A stretch of 63,690 nucleotides of DNA, filler included, from Rhabdomonas costata (Eukaryota), in the NCBI GenBank assembly GCA_019059605.1. It is 44 parts of 44 records of this genome, joined end to end, with 100 filler letters (N's around TTAATTAATTAA, not from the genome) between each part and the next. Parts side by side here need not be neighbours in the genome. Positions count along the whole stretch, not along the records: positions 50,749 to 52,097 come from JAHMHO010018571.1; positions 52,198 to 53,546 come from JAHMHO010018572.1; positions 53,647 to 54,996 come from JAHMHO010018573.1; positions 55,097 to 56,445 come from JAHMHO010018574.1; positions 56,546 to 57,894 come from JAHMHO010018575.1; positions 57,995 to 59,343 come from JAHMHO010018576.1; positions 59,444 to 60,792 come from JAHMHO010018577.1; positions 60,893 to 62,241 come from JAHMHO010018578.1; 36 more parts are not named here. One strand, written 5' to 3'. The position numbers and the translations under genes are program-made. This document shows positions 51,853 through 63,690 of the stretch, piece after piece (the stretch's first letter is position 1; every line of letters begins with the position of its first letter). The notes beneath the pieces were generated by a model. It was not told where the DNA came from, did no database searches, and worked only from the letters and a program-made list of their open reading frames with translations.

Positions 51853-52278
51853 GTGCATGCATGTAAGAGAGAAGAGCGAGGGTGATATGACCGGGTCAAG
51901 TGAAAAGTTAAAATCTGCTGGAGGATGTTATCCACATAATGGAAAACATCGGTGTATCCCAGAATACTGACCAGAACTCAGGAGTGGTGCATAAGATAAG
52001 AAACAACTTAGCTGACATTGTTTTTTATCTGTTTATCTGTAACCCCGTATCGTTTGGTGACACTTTTTACACCCGGGCAATATTTGCCAAAACAACCNNN
52101 NNNNNNNNNNNNNNNNNNNNNNNNNNNNNNNNNNNNNNNNNTTAATTAATTAANNNNNNNNNNNNNNNNNNNNNNNNNNNNNNNNNNNNNNNNNNNNGGT
52201 GGGGGGGGTCTGTTGAAAATACAGAACCACATCGGCAACAGACCCCCATCGCAAAACACACGCACACACACTACATAC

Positions 52279-52584
52279 CAGACCAGCGACCACTAGGACG
52301 GGTAGCCCCAGGGCCAGCGCGTACATAGAAAGCCCGAGCAGGCCGGCATAGGAGGCGTAGGAGGAGGGCGCGACGATGGCCCAGGCTCCCACCGCTGAGG
52401 CGAAGTAAGAGAACCCGATCCTCCACGCCGACATCGTCCCTCGGGCCGCCACAAAGTCGTTCAGCGAGAGCTCCCGGCCTCCCTTCAGCCGGCGGTACGT
52501 GTATACCATGCTGTAGGTCGCGAAAAGCAGCACCGCGGCGATGGTGAAGACATATGAGCTTACCACGTAGGGGTTGACGGCCAT
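52279..52584 (-). CDS. First exon of a sodium:solute symporter (SSS) family transporter
   Basis: ATG at 52584, 102 codons to a GTATGT donor. DFVAARGTMSAWRIGFSYFASAVGAWAIVAPSSYASYAG fits the SSS N-terminal F..A.R.....I..S..AS..G motif. Confidence 0.85.
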
Positions 52585-53999
52585 TTTTGTGGTGGAGTAG
52601 CCAAATGTGGCTCCCCCAAAAAGAAAACCTCAGGGTCTCAACGCAACATTAGGCGGCATGCAGCACACCTGTAGTGATCGTGACGGCACGCCACGATGGC
52701 ATCATCGCATTTCTCTCGTCGGTCGACTATCTTTCCTCGTTGCGCATGCGTTCTGTACATCATATCCATGAACTCAGTCCGAAACCGAATTTCGTAGAAT
52801 CATTCGCTTCCTCTCCAAAGGTGCGTTTTTGTTGAAAAAAAAGTAAAAAGGTAAAGTAAAAAACACTTTGCGCGCTCAACAATTTGTCTACGGTCATTCT
52901 AAGAGGTCAATAAGTATTTTTTAAAGTCAAGGTCCTTCCCAGGGTAACCGCAAGCCACAGGAAGGGCACTGACCACCACAAGCACGGCAAAGGTCACGCT
53001 ACAAATTAAACCGGCCGTGCAGGCCAATCCTTGCCCCCCACCCTGTATTGTATGAAAAAGATGTAATCCCCATCCCACGTCATGCATTTCTCCGCAGCTT
53101 AAATTGCCCAAAGAGTCAGACCCAGCGACGAGTCTGTGGGTTCGATGCTGGTTTCGTGTGGGATGGTGCTGCGTTGGGTGTATGGAGGTTGTGGGTGTAT
53201 GTGTATGTGATCTGTATTATTCTATAACGGAACAAAAAAAACTCCCAGGGGATGCCGCGCGGTCGCGAGGTTCAACGCGCTCCCACCGACAGCACATGTC
53301 GCACCACAAAAGCTCAATCCAGCAGAAACAAATGGGCAGCTGGGTCGGCGAGATGGCTGATTTGTCATTCCACGCGCGGTGGAGAAGGCCATGCATGTCG
53401 GGTACGGACCCGAAACGGTATCCCACCACCCCGTTAGAAACGACGATCCTGTCGCTCTTGCACTGAACTGAGGCCCTTCGGCCAGGTTATTATGGTACAG
53501 GCACCGAACGGTGAGCGCCCGGGTCCGAGCAGCGGCCAAAAACCACNNNNNNNNNNNNNNNNNNNNNNNNNNNNNNNNNNNNNNNNNNNNTTAATTAATT
53601 AANNNNNNNNNNNNNNNNNNNNNNNNNNNNNNNNNNNNNNNNNNNNGGTGTGGGTGTGTTTGGGGGTGGTGGTGCAGAAAACTGCGCCTCCCTAAGCACA
53701 GTAGGGTGCAATGGTGGAGCTGGCCAGATGTGTATGTGTGTCTGTGTGTTGCACAGAGCGATGCTGCGGTGGACCTATTGTTTTGCTCTTCTCTCGCTCT
53801 TATGAAGATCCCCAGTCTTCTTGCTCGTGGGCTGATGTGCCAGAGGTTACAGGCTCAACGCCACTGTGACTACGTTGTGGTCTCTGGACCTGTGCCCGTG
53901 AAAACCAGTTTGTGATGTGTACGGAAGACGTTTCACCCCTCCCAACACAATCCCTTCACCTCACCAGCGCGAAAATGATGAAGGGGGGGGGGAAGCTAC

Positions 54000-54055
54000 C
54001 TCTCCTTGAACTCGTCCAGCAGGCGGTTCTCTGTCTCCTCGAGATCCTTCACCTT
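54000..54055 (-). CDS. Possible short coiled-coil exon
   Basis: KVKDLEETENRLLDEFKER, AG/GT bounded, with GC3-rich codons. Confidence 0.3.
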
Positions 54056-54883
54056 CTGCTTCAGGGCATGCACGGCAGGCCCCCACACCGGGCGAACCAC
54101 AGGCGCAGAAACCTTTTTTTCCGAATGCCGGAAGAAGAACACTGCACACAAGGGTTTTAAATGTTGAGATCACTCAGTTCAGTTTTCGCCTCTGTCGTCT
54201 TCTTTTCCGGTTTCCGTTTCTATTAGTGAACGCTGAAAAAGCGAAAGAGAGTCAGATCGCGACACTTGTGTTTCAAGTTGGCATATCATAATCGCGTGTG
54301 CAGCGCAGCCGCAGACCTCCCCAGCGGTGGGCTCAGAAATGTACCGCACAGAGGCGGCCACGGGCGCCGTCACACACTCCGGGGGATACCCGCGAACGTA
54401 CGCCATGTGCACAGGGTGGCGGTGAGAGAGAGGAAGAGGAGGAGCGGGAAAACAATGATAGGGCTCCGGCGCCTCAAACCTCAGGAAACCTCAACTCAAC
54501 CCACCAGAACTCAGCAGAAATTGAGACGATACACCAGAAACGGTCGGAAAAGTGGAAACCAAGGAATGCAGAAAAGAAAGGACTTAGGTGGAGGTAGGGC
54601 TGGGCAGTAGTTTCGTTGAATGTCCCATGATGTGAAGGTAAGGGGACTTGCTAATTCTTCTTGAGTTCCATAGCCGATCATATTAATTGTCAATCAATTC
54701 GCATAAAATGTAGTGCAGGTGCTTTTTTGCTCGTGTCAGACTGTAATTCATGCCAAGGGAATTCTTCTCAATGAACACCTGTCCTAACTCCAAGCACGTG
54801 TTCCTTGACCCAAAGTTTGCTTCCGGTAGACATCCATAATCGATCTTAACTGAGTCGGGGAAGGAAGCGAGTTGCGGGCAGTG

Positions 54884-54996
<113 letters not shown>

Positions 54997-57010
54997 NNNN
55001 NNNNNNNNNNNNNNNNNNNNNNNNNNNNNNNNNNNNNNNNTTAATTAATTAANNNNNNNNNNNNNNNNNNNNNNNNNNNNNNNNNNNNNNNNNNNNTGTG
55101 TTGGTTAGTGCTTCCCGTACAGAGTCCAGAGGTCCTCCAGTTTCGGGGGAGAGCACTGAGGCGGGGCCATACAGCGAGGTATACCTGTATATGTAAAGGG
55201 GCAATAATGTCAGCACGCTGAAGGAAGCGGAGGCCGCTTCGGCAGAGCGGCTGAGTTCGACCGGAAAGAGAAAAGTCGAGAGATGGTGTGGCCTACGAGC
55301 AATTTATCGGCCAAATGAAAGATCGGCAAAATATTTCAGATGTCCGGAAGTTTTGGACATTTATTACTCAGCCCCCTAAATTGAAGAAATGTAAATGTGA
55401 ATGTGAGGCAAAAACGTGGAAAGGCACAGTTGGTTGCCTTTACCCATCTAGCCAGAGGTTCACCTTCCCAGCGTTATGCCAGTAACTGAAAAGGTGTAAC
55501 GCTGTCAATTATTATGGCTGAAGTGCATGAGCCTTGCTGCTGTAAATGCCTCAGCAGCAATCGCCTTGGGAAATAGCGGCCGACTGAAAACAACGATTCT
55601 GACAGAGAGAACAACAAGCCTAGTCCTTGCCTCCGAGGTGTGCACTATGCTTCAGGTTGGCCCGTGGATTGCTCCGTGAAGCTTTAAGAACCAAGGGTTG
55701 GGGTATATCCAGAGAAATAATGGGCCGATAGACTGCCTGGATTTCCCCGACAGGTGTGATAGAAGTAACAGGTGAGTGGGAAGGCGGCCACAAGTCCAGG
55801 TAAAAACCAATCTATACAGAAACAGCAAAAGTCCTGCAAGTGATGAAAAGCTCAAAAACTGAGAGAGATAACCTGAAAGGAAAGTGTGGGTTGATTGAAT
55901 TAGGCGTTGTGGGTGTCACCAAAAGCTTCTGAGCAATCGATACGCAAGGCATCTAGCCCCCTCCAAAAAGGTAAAATCTCGCTGCTCTGCCACAGAGCTG
56001 GCCGTGGCATTATAACCAGCAACGGACCCGCACATATCGCTCACATCGACAGTGCAAGGGCAGAGAGCCTCTTTTGTCTTTTCCCGGGTTACTCCCCAAA
56101 TCGTAGTTGATGGCACCACCTTCTTAATCGAGAGCTCCAAAGTCCTACGTGCTACCGCATCAACCGGCCGTTCTCTTCATAGAGCATATTGGGCCACTCA
56201 ATTCCTGTCCGCGGACACAGATCCAGTATGCTGACATCTGTGCTCAACAATGCCGAAGGGCCATAATGAAATACTAAAGCCTTTGATTGAGAACGGGATT
56301 CCCTCGAGATGCGTTCATGAGAGGTTTTGAATTTCCACAAAAGTCCCAACAGATACGGACCAGTGAATGCGGCGGGCCTCCCAATCGCACTGCGGCAGCG
56401 AACAAGCAAGAAAAAAGATCCACACTGGAAGTCGAAAAAAAAAAGNNNNNNNNNNNNNNNNNNNNNNNNNNNNNNNNNNNNNNNNNNNNTTAATTAATTA
56501 ANNNNNNNNNNNNNNNNNNNNNNNNNNNNNNNNNNNNNNNNNNNNTGTTGTGGTGGCATCAGGCTTCGCCCTAAGGCATTCTCTCAATGCAGCAAAAGGA
56601 CAGAGGAGGAGGATCACGTGGCTACGCCACGCAAAGAAGATGGAAGCACAACACGCCAGGCCATGACATGGTTTCACTGGGAATCAGAAAAATGTCCAGA
56701 CCCGCAGTCCAATGCCGCTGACATTAGAAGTGCAATGAAATCTTCGAAAAATGGAAAAAAGGGAAAAGCAAAGATTGCGCGCACTCTCGAATTATGGGCG
56801 TCGATCCAGTCGCGAGGGGTGTGGGTACCTTTTGGGGCAGAACCTCACATCTATGAAAAAACTCCGCAATAAGCATATGAACATTGCTTGTTTTCACTCT
56901 TTCCTCGTTCCTCTGCAATTAATTGTGGTTATTATTATGCATGATGCGGACGGATGTGGATGGAGCACCCGTTTTGTGTTTGAATACGCACATATGCTCT
57001 TTCTGCGCAC

Positions 57011-57848
57011 CGGCCACATCGTCCCCAGGTGGAACTTCGATCCAGTCGTGTTCTCGATCGCCGTCCTTGTCACCCCCACCCCAATCACCGCGAGAAAACT
57101 GAAAAATGATGCAATGCTCAAGATTTACAGATACGATGGACCCAAACTGCGTTGTTGCAACGCCAAGGTCGTCAAACCCATTTTTAACAGGACCTTCCGG
57201 ACCATCTTCATGCAAACGTTCAGGTACCGCTGTGAATATCTGTAGCACTGATTAAAATTTCTGGGAAATGGGAGCTGCCCGCAAGCCAAGGGAAACCAGC
57301 TGATCATGAAGAACCCACCCGGGGATTTGCATACCCCCGAGTCACCGGGGTGGGCATGAAAAGCACCAGCTTGGTGAGCCGCAGCTTGCCCAGGGCGAAG
57401 AAAGCGCAGGCCACGAGCATCGTGGAGAGAGGCACCGCCAGGAGGAAGGTCGGCAGAAGCCGCTGCTCCACAGTGTCAGGGTCCATCACGGACACCAGCC
57501 TTTGGCATCCCCCCAAAACGCGGGTGGAGGAGCAGGCTGCGGTATTTTTAAAGGTAAAGTAATATTGCTCGCAGAGCTTTCTCAACAAGTCAGATAACGA
57601 ATCAGGAAACGCAGGTGACGGCGTATTGGCACATTACTGTGGTCCAGATTCTTTGCAGGAAAGGTTTACTAGCGAAAACCACACCCAATCAGAAAAACGA
57701 AAGATGAGGGAGAACAATGGACGGGAGTGGTGGAGGGATGGGGAGAGCACAGGCACACTCACCCATTAACCATCTCTGCCTGGATGATGGTGGGGTTGAT
57801 ATCAGGACCCCAGATCCCAGTTCCGAAGCTGGAGAAGCACACCGCCAG
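57011..57848 (-). CDS. SulP/SLC26 anion transporter, exons about 57848-57763, 57499-57335 and 57098-57011
   Basis: Spliced in frame: FSSFGTGIWGPDINPTII...N-G-LVSVM...FFALGKLRLTKLVLFMPTPVTR-G-FLAVIGV. This has the SulP GP and LG.LRL..L..F.P.PV..GFLA.IG motifs. Confidence 0.9.
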
Positions 57849-58030
57849 CCAGGCAGAGATGGTTAATGGGTGAGTGTGCCTGTGCACCCCCACGNNNNNN
57901 NNNNNNNNNNNNNNNNNNNNNNNNNNNNNNNNNNNNNNTTAATTAATTAANNNNNNNNNNNNNNNNNNNNNNNNNNNNNNNNNNNNNNNNNNNNCCGCCG
58001 TAACCTGCTCCACTTTCCTCCCCCCTTGCA

Positions 58031-58054
58031 TCTCTCTCTCTCTCTCTCTCTCTC
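58031..58054. repeat. (TC)n microsatellite
   Basis: Perfect run of about 12 units. Confidence 0.9.
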
Positions 58055-59681
58055 TTAGCGACACAGAACCACCCACCCACCCACAAGGTGGCACTTTCGG
58101 TGGTGGCCCTTCTGAGCGGAGCGGCGTTATCCCGTTATCGCCCGTCCTTACCATTAATGGCAACCCATTTGAGACAGGTCCAAGGGTGACGTCCCTCAGG
58201 ATCCCCGAAATTTTTTTCTGGACTTGGCACAGAGAAGTGACACCGATCAAATTATTTACTGTGAAAAAGACGGAAAAGGAAGCAACTCTCCGGTAAACTT
58301 GCAGCCTACATCCCATAACGGTTTTCATCGCCTGTTGACCTGAAATTGGAACATACAAATTTGGCATCCATACACGACAACTCCAACTGCATAACTCCTC
58401 ACCTGGGACCGAGGGATAAGCCAATTGAGAATACCCTCCAATCATGAATACTCCCACAGCTACCACCAACCGCAGTTCCAAGGTAGCAGTAGCACTCACG
58501 ATGTTGCCCGCCGAGAAAGATCCCCCTCCTTCGCCCGAGACACCCTGGGAACCCAAGTGAGCACGACAAAGTGCACGAGCACACACAAAGTGTAAAAAAA
58601 AAACACAGACTTCAAAGGGAAAGGGGATGTGCGAGCAAAGAGGGCATGTGGGAAAGGCAACCATCAATGTTTAACAGCGTGGGCAGATGAGATAAAATGC
58701 CAGCACTGAAAAGTCAGGATATCCTTCTTTGACTTAGGGATGTTTGCCACGTTCCACATTTCCACATCACAGCTTATTAAAACTGAATTTAATTTCTTAG
58801 GGGAATAGAGGTACCCTGCTCCTCCCCTCTCCACTTATCTCCAAACCTGCGACCAAGTTATACGACCATGGCGTGAGTGATTAAGAGACCAATCATTCAC
58901 ACCTTCATGGAAATGTTTGCTATATCTAGCTAAAAATGGGATGGTTCCATGAATTTGGGGGCCGGGTTCAAGACCGGTGGAGCCGTACCCGCACCAACCC
59001 ATTTCTGGGGTACGGTGGTGGTGGGTATGCCATTTTGCGCCACTATAACCCGGGAAGCCCCTCCCTTGCAAGACGGGGCTGGTATTGCACACCTGAGAAA
59101 AGCACACTGTGCAGCGTGAACATGACAATTTCTTCACTCGGCCCAGTGAAAGCGCACAAAGAAGCGCAATCCAACGCGGGTGCGTCCATCAGCGCCTTAT
59201 TGCTCCCCCGCCCCTTCGTCGTCCTGACAAACCCATCCAGAAGTCCTTTAATAAATCGTCTTAAGTTTAGGCCAAATCTTCTCCACCGCAGGGGCGGATT
59301 TCTGCTGCTGCGCAGGCACGGACTGAGCCGTGCCCCACCAACCNNNNNNNNNNNNNNNNNNNNNNNNNNNNNNNNNNNNNNNNNNNNTTAATTAATTAAN
59401 NNNNNNNNNNNNNNNNNNNNNNNNNNNNNNNNNNNNNNNNNNNTGTGGTTTGTAGCAGTGTGCAGTACCTCCTCTGAAGCCCCCGAGCAATGAGCAAAAG
59501 AAAACGCTCTGCGTTCCACTGCGGCCGCAGAAGGAAGCGCCTTCTCAGAAGCACCCGTTGGCTTAGGACACGTGTGCGGGGAAGGGGCGTTATCCCATGA
59601 CCGGTGTGAGCACGTGGCGGAGGTGCCCGATCGAGAGACATCATGTGTCTCTCCGTGGAGCAAGCGAAACACAAGCTCCAC

Positions 59682-60400
59682 CTGCTCAATTGCCCGCCGC
59701 CACTGCGAGGCTTCACTGCGGGCTTGCGCAACGTCTGCTCGTAACTGCGCCGCATGGGAAGCACGTCTGAAGACGCAAAATGCACGACGTGCAAGGCCCA
59801 CTTCTTCTGCAAAGCTAAGACTGTCTCCTGCCATTCCGCTCATGGACAAATTGATCGTCTCCTTCCGTATTGCTTCTGCTTCTGGCAAAACCACAATGTG
59901 CAATACCACAGGCATCCTGTATCAGGACGTACTACGCTGGGTTTGTGTTCGTCTTGATGTGCTGGCGGCCAGAATACAATGCCCAGTCTGATCTTGTGTC
60001 AGTAGGTTAGTTTAGCACACAATGGTGCCCAGATGATTGGAACGTTGCTGCAGGCAATCGCGCGTAGGTCAAGGGACAAAACTCACCAGATGGACCATGC
60101 TAACCAACACAAATCAGAAGAGAAAAAGACACATGCATGCAAATGCACATACTCTCGGGCCACTCGAAGCAACGCCTCTCGCTCACGGTCCCGCTGCTCA
60201 AGAAACTGCGCATGGGCCCGAGTGGTAGCTTCGGTCTGTTTGCTATCCCGGCGACTATGCTCCGCAAGACACTGCTGAAGAGCCACCAGACTTTCAACGA
60301 TTTCGTCGGAATGGGAGAGGGACCTCACAATTTCAGGTGGAAGGTCATCGCGCCGCAGTTCGGCCGGGAGAGAGGCGCGGCGGCCGCAAAGGCGTAGACA
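59682..60400 (-). CDS. Coiled-coil protein, exons about 60400-60153 and 59766-59682
   Basis: The phase-2 GT-AG intron joins FLEQRDREREALLRVAR-E-RASHAAQLRADVAQARSEASQWRRAIEQ in frame. Confidence 0.55.
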
Positions 60401-61340
60401 ATATCCTCAGTGCTGCTTGAATCCATTTGATGTGCTACAAACAGTAAAGATCAAGCCAAATCTGCGCCGATGTAATACAAAGGAACAAAACAAATGCAAG
60501 GCTGCGGTCTCCGTTGGGTTCCAAAAAACCTTAATCGGAGGACTAGGCGTACGTACGTACCTGGAGAATCCCGGGAAAGGGGATATGGAGACTAAGAGAT
60601 GCTCACGACACCATCGACCCTCATTTCCGCCAAACATTCACTTCATCTTTCACCAAAGCATTGAGGAAGAAGAAGAAAAAGTGTATTCCATCCAAAGTTC
60701 CAAAGGTGAGGTCACACAGACTGCAAACAAAGAGAGCAGTACCCTACTGCAACACAAGATAAACCAAACCAGTCGAACATCCACCCACAAAANNNNNNNN
60801 NNNNNNNNNNNNNNNNNNNNNNNNNNNNNNNNNNNNTTAATTAATTAANNNNNNNNNNNNNNNNNNNNNNNNNNNNNNNNNNNNNNNNNNNNAGTGTCTT
60901 GGCAAAAGGCAAAGCTGGTTTTCTCTCCGTTCTTCACTGCCACGCTTCTGCCCGTCCTTTCTAAATCCCAGCTTTGCCTTTTGCCAAGACCCTTTCTTAA
61001 GCTTTTAGGGATATGTGCGGTGGACTTTATCCGCTGACTTCCTACCGCAGGCTGGGGGCGTTCGTGCCGAGAACTCCGCGCCCCCTCAATACGGCTCAGG
61101 TCTTCCTTTTTACTCCCCTTCTACTAAGGAGTTGCCGTTCATTTTACGAAGAATTGATGAGATGATTATTGGAATAAACGGGATTTACGGCGCCATTTCG
61201 ATGTGTATGCAAAGTTTGCAAAGGAATATACATTTCGCGTGCTGCGTGTGCGCATATTTTTCTGATTCCCTTTTTTCTGTGACCTCACGTTTTACTTGGG
61301 TTGTGTACGATGACAATGAGAGTGGTGTGGAGGTGCGCAG

Positions 61341-62220
61341 ACTGGCAGTGTCTGAGCTGCAATAACATCAACTTTGCGAGACGTACGCAGTGCCACAGAT
61401 GCGCCGCGGAGCGCTCGGCGGACTCTCCGCAAGTCGCTGCTCCTGCCTGTCCAGGGGCCCACCACCAGGTACAACGATCACCCTTTGTTTTCTTGGGGGG
61501 TGGGCGCGAAGTTCTTTTTTGCCCTGCTCACTACTGGAAAATGAATCAATGCATTTTGCACTGAGTGCCGCTCTGGTAACGGGGCCTTTTTATTCTTTGC
61601 ACTCTCTCACTCTCTCTTCGCAGGCGCCCATGGCCCTTGTTCCTGCTTCTGGCTTTGGCGGTTACCCTCAGGATGTGCGACAGTACGCCCCAGGTCTCTG
61701 CTCCGCAACATTTGGGGTCTGGCACAGTGCTTTTACTGCATAAGAGTCTGCACTAATTTCGGCTGGCGGGAAAGGCTGAAAAGGAACGGAAACAACCGCA
61801 CTGAATCCCAGTGATGAACTCGCCTGGAGAGCTTCCCATCGAAGGAGAGGACGACCCACACACGCACACACTTCCCATGAATCTCGGGTTTTGTTGTCGG
61901 TTGTCTTCGCACCTCACAGACGTAGATCCGGAGCCGAGGAAGTGTCCGTTCGCCTCAGCTTATAAGCACTGCCAAAAAAATCGAAACAGAAATCTAAATT
62001 GCCCCAACCCATCCCTCTGGCTCGAGGAATGAAGGAAAATAGCCACCTCCAACCCAGCATATACCGAAGCGTTGTTTTCCATTCGTTTTCGTTTCCAAGA
62101 TCCCATCATACTTACGCCCCGTTTTAGATTGGCAGTGCGTGAAGTGCCAGAACGTCAACTTTGCGCGGAGAACGCACTGCAAAAAGTGCGAGGCCGAGCG
62201 GACTCCGGATTGCCCTGCAG
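61341..62220 (+). CDS. RanBP2-type zinc-finger protein, exons 61341-61468, 61624-61693 and 62128-about 62220
   Basis: Two fingers, DWQCLSCNNINFARRTQCHRC and DWQCVKCQNVNFARRTHCKKC (WxCx2Cx3Nx6Cx2C). GT-AG introns are phase-consistent. Confidence 0.92.
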
Positions 62221-63690
62221 CTTACGCCCCCACCCCCACCCNNNNNNNNNNNNNNNNNNNNNNNNNNNNNNNNNNNNNNNNNNNNTTAATTAATTAANNN
62301 NNNNNNNNNNNNNNNNNNNNNNNNNNNNNNNNNNNNNNNNNGGGGGTAACCAGGTGAACATGGCCCAGGCACGAGAGGCATGCATTTGCGAGGTTCCCGC
62401 ACTCGAAACTCGAATCCCCAAAAGAAAAGCAAAACACACTAAGCCTTCGACGACGAGAAGTAAAGCTGGAAGATTACATTACACAAAAATCATGCAAAGA
62501 GAGTGAGATAATATAATACACGCAGCAGAAACAATCGCTGACGATTAACCTACCAAAACGCAGCGATCAGCCCTCCCACTAGCAGGCAAACGAGGGAATA
62601 CCGTCTCGTGGTATTCAAGCTACTTGAATGATCGCCTGTCACGTGAGAGTTAGCATTCCACCCAAAAAAGGAAAAGATTGAGCGCCTCACGGCAATTAAA
62701 CAGCTCACCAAATCTACTGGTGCTCTGCCGTGTCTCGGTCGCCCCAAAATGCCAAGGCTTCCCCGTTCTATAGAAGCCCAGAAATGTGTGCAAGTGGCTG
62801 AAAGCTTCAGGAAGGCACCAAAGTAAAAGCAGAGTACTGATCTACAAAATGCGAGTGAGCATGTATGTGTATGCGTGTATCTAAGGTCTTGCTTCTGCGT
62901 GCGTGTGAACGGGCAAAGCAGTTCAATACAGTTCTCCCCACCACGGATACCATAACGGAGCGCAAAGCGAGATCCGGGAGGGTCCGCATAGAGCTTGAAC
63001 AAACGAGCAAGGCAGCGCCACCATCACTCCTGTAACCCTCAGACGTGGTGGTAGGGCTGGTTCTGGGATATCGGGAACGCAATCAGCGGCTGGCTAACCG
63101 CGAAGTACGGGTGCCTGAGTTCAGTGCGCACAGAAGTGCACTAAGGGTGCACGCTGGCTGATTCAGTTTTCTTTAAACATGTTGTCACCTCATTGGTGAG
63201 CGTGCCCCTTGGCTACACGAAGGAGTAGGTGTTCCAGAAACGGAAACAGGACAATTGCTGATTGCCGTTCTCGGCACAGTTTGTTCGTGACACTGAAAAT
63301 CACACAAGCACTGTGTGATTGATCAAGTGGAAGCAGGGGCAGACGAACAGAAGAGGAAGTAGACCCTTCCCCAGAAAACCAGGAGAAGAGCACGGACACC
63401 TCATGCGAGGACAGCTTTTGTGTATGTGCGTACCAGGTACTCAGGTGCTCTGGAGGTTGGGGGATGGGTGACGGTCACCGTTGAGAACGGAGTATGTTTT
63501 AAAAGGTCAATACAGACCCCCGGGTTACATTCCTTCCCCAGCCAGTTTTCTTTCACCACGCTACCACAAAAAACCGTTACCAGAGGTAACCGTTACCACA
63601 TTGGCGGTGGTAACTAAAAAATTGTTCTTTGTGAAAGGTTAGTTGATGGAAACACCCTCGAAATGACTTTATTTTAGTGTAAGGGGGCTA

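Noticed and set aside
55900..56330. CRE-like retrotransposon remnant (SLLCHRAGRGI...AHIAHIDS)
   Set aside because: A single short, weak resemblance with no other RT motifs.
63576..63614. Twin GTTAC/GTAAC hairpins
   Set aside because: Stems of 5-8 bp with no second occurrence are not distinguishable from a small local duplication.

Overview
This is not a contiguous locus. It is an artificial concatenation of 44 unrelated contigs of about 1.35 kb, joined by 43 spacers of 100 nt (44 N + TTAATTAATTAA + 44 N). The DNA is eukaryotic and intron-rich. Many contigs carry 1-3 short exons bounded by GT/GC-AG, and several join in frame into recognisable proteins: TTLL4-like glutamylase, armadillo repeats, MMAA/MeaB, CAP-Gly, PDI-like, Dre2/anamorsin, RING, RRM, IPT/TIG, SEL1L/Hrd3, kinesin-3, class III adenylate cyclase, sushi, CSN1, TMEM115, an SSS symporter, a SulP transporter and RanBP2 zinc fingers. 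A kinetoplastid-like Dre2 together with dense spliceosomal introns with GTNY-type donors points to a euglenozoan, probably a euglenid (inference). G/T-only contig starts, A/C-only ends and the 13-mer TGGGTGTGTTTGG indicate GenomePlex-type whole-genome amplification, and three contig-terminal inverted repeats look like fold-back artefacts. The most unusual non-coding signals are a one-strand cluster of GNA-loop mini-hairpins (39178-39508), a multi-branched structured element (3469-3607) and a dispersed repeat family of about 350 bp seen in three contigs. All family calls come from motif recognition by eye; no searches were run. No multi-gene system can be inferred across spacers.
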